A stretch of DNA of 56,739 nt, the filler included, from Sluysia triapertura (taxonomy: Eukaryota): NCBI GenBank assembly GCA_046118255.1. It is 4 parts of 4 records of this genome, joined end to end, with 100 filler letters (N's around TTAATTAATTAA, not from the genome) between each part and the next. Parts side by side here need not be neighbours in the genome. Positions count along the whole stretch, not along the records: positions 43,143 to 56,739 come from JBJNIA010030165.1; 3 more parts are not named here. The stretch is one strand, 5' to 3'. The notes beneath the pieces were generated by a model. That model was given only the letters and a program-made list of their open reading frames with translations. It had not been told where the DNA came from and ran no database searches. A program made the position numbers and the translations under genes. This document shows, one piece after another, positions 49,409 to 56,739 of this stretch. Every line of letters starts with the position of its first letter. Positions within the stretch are counted from its first letter, which is position 1.

Positions 49409-51300
49409 TTATTTTATATTTAATGTAAAGCTATATTTTCTGTTTGTTGTCTCTCTACTGTCCGCTGTCTCTCTTTCCTTAATGCGTTTATTTGTGCATT
49501 TGCATGATGATGCAAGAGATCTTTGGCTAAAAACGTAAAACATGATTATTTTATAAAAAAATTCTGAAATTTTATAGATTCCAATTACTGAAAAAACTTG
49601 AGAAATTATCAACACTATTACTTTAATTATTATATAAATTCCTATCAATACGGATAACACTCGATCCAATATTAAAAGTTTTCCCCATATGTGTTTTCAT
49701 GTATCTCGTATGGGTCTTTTAAAGTGATTAGATGTCAATAATAATTCGAAATTTAGTTTTCCATTCTTATCAACTGTTGCTTTATCTACAATTTCTGTTA
49801 ATATTTTTGATCTTTTTATTGGAAATAATATTTCTCGCCAAGCTGCTTATATATCATCGTTGGTGTAAATACCAGAATTAGGTATACTTTTCATAGCTAG
49901 AAATTTTAATTTTCCTTTTAGTTCGGTTAATCCTATAATTTCTGGAGTTTTCACTTGACTTCTATGTGGTAACAATATCCATAAATTGTCATCTGTTCTA
50001 TATTCTGGTGCCATGACATTAGAGAAATTCATTAATTTTGATTTAACTTTATTATTTGGAAAAATTACTTTAGTTACCGGTTAGAGGTATATTTCTACGT
50101 TACCATATAATATAAGTAATTCATTTGTGCACTCGGTGGTCGACTTTAATTACACTTCTACTTTTTTTCACTTATACGTGTATAATACTTCTTCTATCAA
50201 TCGACCGAATACTTCTTCTTCCAATGGAAGTAATGATGCGACTATATCCCGGTTTTTAATAGCCACTGCTAATTTGTCCGGAAAATTTCCTTATATCCTC
50301 TAAAAATAATTTTATTAATTTTATCTAATGATATTAAACCTAGATGGTATTAAAAAGGTGTTTAATTTTTACATTTTTTGTGTGTACTCCTTTTTTATCT
50401 TATTGTATTGTTTTTTCTGAGGAATAAATTCCTTGATAGTTTGTTTCTGTTATTTCTTTTCCGAAACGAATTACTGTTCCCTTTGAGATAAAAATTAAAC
50501 TATCTTCTTCTCTACTTCCCATTAATATTGTTGGGGTTTCAACTTTTTTGTACATTATCAATATTATTTGTCCCTAACTGATTTTGTTTATTTCATTTAT
50601 TGGATATTTATCTTTATCTTGATATATGAATTCGGATACCATATTAAATTTATTTTAAAAATATTAATTGGCACTGAAATTTGTCCAACTCATAAATAAA
50701 TATCGATTCTCCTATGTCAAAGCTAGTTTGACCAATTTTGCAGTTGATCATGTTATCATTGTTCTTTTTGCCATGTCAAAACTTTCGTTAAATAATTTTA
50801 AACTCATGACATATCTCCTGTGCGACAGCATTAAGGTAAATTTTTCCTTCATATTCTATTGTTCCTTGTTCGCAAATTCCTTCTATTAATACGTTACCTA
50901 CGGTTCTAATGTTGTACATTATTACCTATTTTTAGCTTATCTCCTTTGTACTTTTATATCCTGTTTCAAGTGCATTCCTACATTGTTTAGGTAATATTTT
51001 AAATGGTTTAAGTGCATTTGACAATTCTATTACTGATGAGTGACTATGATGACCACAATATCAAATTTCTAATGATTGTTTTACCATAAATTCTCTAATT
51101 AAAGATGTCACTAAATTTCCCTCTTGATAAACATTCATTAATTTAGTGTCTTTTATGTGTATTCGATTTGGCCTTGACTCACGGGAATCTTCGTGTCCAG
51201 TAACGAAAATTTTCTACCTATTTGCGGTTGGCTGCAATCAAATGCTTTTATTGCATTAGTCCTGTTTAAACCGAACATAGCTAACAGTATTATTCGTTGA
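49409..51300 (-). pseudogene. env: Envelope glycoprotein, chuvirus (Jingchuvirales)-like, degenerate
   Basis: In order: signal peptide plus IKAFDCSQPQIGRKFSLLD; YCGHHSHSSV (51034-51060); KQCRNALETG; SGIYTNDDI*AAWREILFPIKR; HIWGKLL...LIGIYIIIKVIVLII TM region. This matches chuviral-type G motifs as recalled (GYDC..SLLD, YCGMHSH, SGIY...IMFP). Confidence 0.8.
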
Positions 51301-51889
51301 GTTTCCTATTCTTGGTATAGCTGCATATTGCCGCTATTGCCGAATAGTTGTGACATTCGATTAGTCGGCTACTTTGTTTTTTATTTTATTTTCCTTTTAT
51401 TATGTTTCTTCATACCCCTTGTTCTTCAATCCATAATTTAGTTTTCTTATTAACGAAATCTATAACTTTATATATTTTGCTTTTTGTAATCATCCTCTCT
51501 TTACCACATTGATATATAAATTACGCTAAAATTATTTTAAATTTTTCCTAATCTATTACTTTACTAATTTGCTTACTTATTATTAAATTATACTGTCCGG
51601 TTCTATAAAATCACTAATGTCTTTATCTTTACATCTTTCTTCAAACTGCTTTGCTAACCTATTTAAAGACACTATAATCCTTTTATACCTCTGGTAGTAA
51701 CTTCTTATATTTACTAAAAATACTAAATTTGTCTGACAAGAAGATATAAATTACTCACATAGTATCTATTTCAATTTTTTCACCATCATTTCCAAAATCT
51801 ATTTCCGATAAATCGATAGTAATTCTAACAATCGGAAGAGGCGTTGACATTGTATCATTTTCATTTATTACTGGGCGACCAGGCCTTCT

Positions 51890-53683
51890 TTTTGTTGCAT
51901 TCGTTTACCCACTATATTTGTTCGTGTAAACCCTCTAACATTTCCACCTGAATTCATGTAATTTCTTCCTGCATAATTATTTCTTGGTGTAAAATTATTC
52001 GAATTTCTTCTATTATTTCATCGAAAATTATTATTACTGTTGAAACTATTATTCTCAAAAGAATTCTTATACTTATGCTTAAGGGGTTCACCAGAACTAT
52101 TTTCTATATTCTTATTATCATTATATAACTTGTATTATTTCTTTCTTCATTTCCAGTTCGTTAAATACTTCTTAATTTCTTAACTATATCCTTAAATATA
52201 TCAGAATTGGATGTTAGACTTAACTTTTAGACGTAACGCGTAACAATTCCACTTCACATTAACTGAACACATCATATGTAACAAATTTTCTTTTGTAAAT
52301 ATCGTCTGCTATTTTTATTATATTTAATTTTTAAATATTATATTTATTATAATTAAAAATATTACAAATAAATTATTATGATCAAACATATATTATAAAT
52401 AAAAGGAATATATTCTTAAAATTAAAAAAATATAAACAAAAATATTTATTACAAATAAAATGAACTTATTGTTTTAATTGATTAAAATTATAAATATAAA
52501 CAATATGGCGGAATTCACATTATATAATAAATCAAAATTATTGGGATTTACGCAAACGGATTTTCACAAAAGTTCTGTCAACAATAATTCATCGACATAG
52601 GATTTCAATTTTCATGCAGAGGTAAATTTTTTAGTAGGTTTTTGAAGAACTCTAATCTTAATCGCTAGAGTTTATAAAATTGTACTTAAAATCTGATCTT
52701 TTATCTTAGACCGTAACTGGCTAGGTTAACATTTATCTAAACTCTAATTTTAAGAAACAGCTAAGCCTTAAGCTTAAATTTATTATTGTTATTATAATTT
52801 TTATCGATTTCATACGTTTTTTTGTAGATAATGTATCTTTAAATAGTTAGATATGTTCTTAATCAAGCTAATTAAAATATTTATTTAACAGACCGTAAAA
52901 AGGTTGATTCAATATTTAAAATCTTATATCATATTGTCAGACCATACAAAGGCTGACTTAAAATATATAAATAGTAAAAATTAGATAAAAAAAGTGTTAC
53001 ATTTTGAATTCTTTTTAAAGATACAAACGCTTTTACGCATTTATCTTATGCGGAATAGTAAAATTAAGTAAATTTTTACATTGGAAAATTCTAATTAGAA
53101 CGTCTCCGACCAGGTATAAAACATATCTAATTAGTCTAACCGAACCTCTCGATATTTTTGTAAGTAAAAGTTTAAGTTTATAAACAAAATAGCAAATGGC
53201 AGGTTATCAATTAGACTTACATAAATTCGTAATTCGGGACGTAGTCCATTTTTAAACTTATCTATTAATGTAGCTTCATTCTTATCTTCTGAAATTTTAG
53301 CTCTTGTTGCTAAACTTTTAAGTGCGCAAGCATACTCTTAAGCAGTTTCATTAGGTTTCTGTTTCCTTATATTAAGCATTTTTGCATAATATTTACCAAT
53401 ATCTTCTAACGCTATTTCTTCGATAAAGTATTCCAATCTCGTTTTATATTCGTTTCCTATTTCTTTATAAGTCTGTACTGCTACAATGGTCGAATAATAT
53501 CGAATTCTTTTAATTTTATCTAATTCTGTCCAGCCGTTTGCTTCGGCTATATTATCACATTCAAATAAAACGTCACAAAGTTCCTCTTCGGCGCCATTAA
53601 ACTTAGGAATTTCAGCAAGTATCACCATTTGTTTGAGTCAATAGAGACATATAGTCTCTAAATTCATCAAGTGGAACTGTCAT
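51890..53683 (-). mobile_element. gag: Ty3/gypsy-type gag (degenerate), split by a 988-bp insertion
   Basis: IPKFNGAEEELCDVLFECDNIAEANGWTELDK...RKQKPNET...FKNGLRPELRIYVSL, resuming TSNSDIFKDIVKKL after the insertion, then an N/R-rich tail. Confidence 0.85.
52223..53210. mobile_element. Non-coding insertion with 9-bp target-site duplication
   Basis: TTAGACTTA at 52214-52222 and 53211-53219. Removing the insert restores the gag frame. Confidence 0.85.
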
Positions 53684-54049
53684 TTTATATTATTCTAATG
53701 AAGTACTTCTTTAAGTTCTCTTAGGTTTCTTTAGTTTTATCTGTATTATTATTTTTATCTATTCTTAAAACTAAAACATAAATGTTAACAATAAAATTCA
53801 ATTACTTATCGAAATTAATTCAAACTTAAAACTTAAACATAAACTTAACGATAACTTAATTCTATACAATTCAACTTAATTCACAACTAATAAAATCGGT
53901 AAACAAAAAAATCCAACTTTTAACAACTTAAGACTTAAATAAATAACTTAGATAACCAAAAACAAATAAGTTTACCTCAAAAGCTTAAATTAATACATAA
54001 CCTATATTGAAGAGCGATGTTCAAGATAAAAGGTCCACACTCAATAGGC

Positions 54050-55532
54050 ACCTCTTCTTCTGAATCGATATCCACTTCTTCTGCACGTAATTCTTCGTCA
54101 TCTGTTTGTCTGGTTACATCATTTTCTATATCTTGATAATCTCTCTCAATAGATTTCTCCTGTAAATCTTTTTCTAGTGTTTCACTTCTTCTGTGTTACT
54201 CAGTTCACTTTCTTTATCATTCATTTCTTCTTCTGTACCACTCGTTTTTCTGCTTTATTCTGTTTCTGGCTGTCTTTTTCTTCTCTTTCTTCTTGTTTTC
54301 TATCTTTCTTGAATTCACGATATCTGTCATGCATATAACTCATAAAGACTTATTATTGTTTATTTTTGAATCGATTTTTATCACAATCTAATACTGTGAT
54401 ATAGAATTCTCGTAACGTAGCATTCTTTTCTTCATCTGTTATCAATTTTGAGTAGTCAGCATATTCTTCGCTACTAGATTCTTGTCTTCTTTGTTCCTTC
54501 TTATTATTCTTTCTACTTCTGTTAGGTTCTTCTTCGTCTTCGTAATATTCATCTTCATATTGATATTGATCTTCGTTTTCGTTGTACTTTCTTTGATCAC
54601 AATTTATTTGACCCTTCTCATTTTTATTATTACTATTATTAAACCTTACTTTCCTATTAGAGCTTTGATATTTTTTGTTGTTGAGGGCCCTCTACCTTAG
54701 AGAAACCCTGACTAAAAGTATTTTGTTTTAACTTACCACAATTTCTTGTAGACTGCCCATATTTATTACAATTATCACTTCGCATTTCCCCATCAGTATT
54801 GGTTTGTGCCTTATCATTATATCTATTCGGACTTTTATTTCGACCTCGATAATTATTTATATTTGTATTTGGTGGCCATCTTGGTGCTGATCTCTGTTCA
54901 TAATTTGTATACCATTTCGATTTTCTGTGTTATTTTGAAATCTTCTTGACTGAAAATTATTTCCTCTACAATTATTAAAATTTCTTTGATTACGCCTATT
55001 ATTAAAAATAGTAGAAATAATTACTATTATTTCTATTTTAGTTATTACTTCTATTATCATTATATTCGTTATCACTATTATATTCATTATAATTTAAAGA
55101 ATCATTCTTATCATAATTATTACATTGATTATCAGAATTAGCGAATTTATTTTTAGTAAGTTTTGGGCTTTTACTTTCATTATCACTAATATAATTAATA
55201 TTATCTTTATCTTTTTTATCTTTATATAAAGATTTTTCTGCACTTATTAATTTTTTAACTAAATCTTTGAAAGGTACTTCTTTAATTAAAGTAACATGAG
55301 TTCTTAATCCAGGACGTAAACTAATCATTTCTTTTTTATCTTCAGCAATCTTTGCTCTGTTTACTAAATTTTTTAATGCGCATGCAAATTCGTGAACTAT
55401 TTCATTAATTTTTTGCTGTCTTAAATTTAGCATTTTAATATTTTCCATATCATCGAGGGCGATCTCTTCGGTAAATGCATTAGCAAAAGAATTCCAAGTT
55501 GCTTTATCTTGGAATGCGAACAATAACAACAA
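54050..55532 (-). mobile_element. gag: Second gag copy with degenerate CCHC knuckle and acidic downstream region
   Basis: AFTEEIALDD...RQQKINEIVHEFACALKNLVNRAKI...LRPGLRTHV is homologous to the first gag. MRSDNCNKYGQSTRNC at about 54740-54790 is a decayed zinc knuckle. Confidence 0.8.
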
Positions 55533-56023
55533 CAGTAATGTTTCGATATTGAACGATTCGAAGTTTTGATGACTTTTAAGATGATGATTTTTTTAAGTTA
55601 ACTTTTTAAAAGTATTCTTATTATTGTTATTATTGTTATTCTTCTTATTCTTGTTTCTGTAGCTTCAATTATGTCTATAGCTTATGATATGTAAATTTAT
55701 GTGGTAAAGTTTAATTCAAACTGAATCTTACTCAAAATTGCATTAGTGCATGTAAATATGTTTTAGAAAATGTAGAAACAGGTGAGGCAGATGAGGAAGC
55801 CGTTAAAATTATGAGATCATATTACGCGCTCAAATTACTGTACATGTGACTTTACTGATATATCGACATTATTCTCTGAAAAAGATTCATTAGATGGTTT
55901 AATTACAAAAGAAAGTAATTGTAATCAATAAAGAAAGAATATGCAGAAATCGCTCAATATAAAGCTGAAGTATAAATTTGAAAGAAATTAAAATAAATTT
56001 AAAGTAACAAATATAAAGTAATA

Positions 56024-56415
56024 CTGTAAAATCCCGAGCATAAGCTGCAGCTAATATGTGCATAAAGGGAACATTTTTGAATTGCAGCTAATATGATGTG
56101 CAGCTTATACAACTAAAAAACAATTCAATTGAAGTAAGATTATTTATTTATTTCAATTTTCAACATCACACTCCTCAAACCATCACACTTTTCATTGTCA
56201 ATAAAAGTGAAATTTTCTAGTAACTTACAAGGCCATAAAAACTGCAATTTTGGATCAGACTCGTTCATATTCATTTCATTTTCTTCAATTTCAAGAACAT
56301 CAACGCAAATGGTGCAGCTAATACTTGTTGCAGCTTATGCGACTAAAAAATACGCTTCCATAAAAACGTTCTCTGCAGCTAATACGCGCTGCAGCTTATG
56401 CTCGGGATTTTACAG
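56024..56415. mobile_element. pogo/Tc1-type MITE
   Basis: Perfect 28-bp TIR CTGTAAAATCCCGAGCATAAGCTGCAGC, with TA duplications at 56022-23 and 56416-17. Confidence 0.92.
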
Positions 56416-56739
56416 TAATCAAGCCGCAAGAATATTTTTTCAAGTGGGAAGAAGATCTCATGTAACACCTTATCTTATGGAATTACATTGGTTGCCTATA
56501 AAAGCAAGAATAGAATTCAAAATCATGACAATAATTTACAAATGCTTAAATTACGAAGTCCTGGATATCTTTTAGAAATAATATAAAAATTTGGAAACCA
56601 AGAGGAATATTTAATTGAGACATAATAATCCATGCAGAATCCACAGTGACAACAAGCTAGCTGATAGGTTGTATACCGTTTGTCTCAAAAATATACAACC
56701 AGTTACCAGAGAATGTCAAATTACTGGAAGATTATGAAA
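56416..56739 (+). mobile_element. LINE (L2/CR1-like) ORF2 C-terminal remnant
   Basis: NQAARIFFQVGRRSHVTPYLMELHWLPIKARIEFKIMTIIYKCLN; LHWLP is the hallmark motif. Confidence 0.85.

Noticed and set aside
49409-51300. TGA read as Trp (alternative genetic code), since some TGA fall where Trp would fit
   Set aside because: The same regions also contain TAA/TAG stops and frameshifts, and the intact CSN6 and protocadherin frames need no recoding. Ordinary decay explains it.

Overview
This is very AT-rich animal genomic DNA. It is four separate contigs joined by artificial 100-bp N44-TTAATTAATTAA-N44 linkers (19508, 31996, 43043), so adjacency across a linker is not real. Only two ordinary host genes are recognisable. 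One is CSN6/COPS6, with three 31-35 bp introns, which suggests a compact genome such as an orthonectid or dicyemid. The other is a protocadherin first exon. The rest is mostly mobile DNA: solo LTRs, a tRNA-derived SINE, Tc1/pogo and hAT MITEs, LINE remnants, and gene fragments (PDE4, STT3). Two things stand out. (1) A dispersed family of 2.3-3.5 kb LTR-like cassettes is present in all four contigs. The shared architecture is intronless ORFs on the antisense strand, a head-to-head ATTGG-N4-CCAAT motif, a long hairpin conserved in structure rather than sequence, an (AAT)n tract, and a G/T-rich tail ending near ...ACAAC. Copies B and E add a TATA/AATAAA plus second hairpin. Several cargo ORFs look like a fast-diverging family derived from the TSG101/Vps23 UEV domain. 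(2) A degenerate Ty3/gypsy-like element carries a chuvirus-type envelope glycoprotein between gag and the protease (gag-env-pro order). All family assignments come from reading motifs by eye against remembered sequences; no searches were run.
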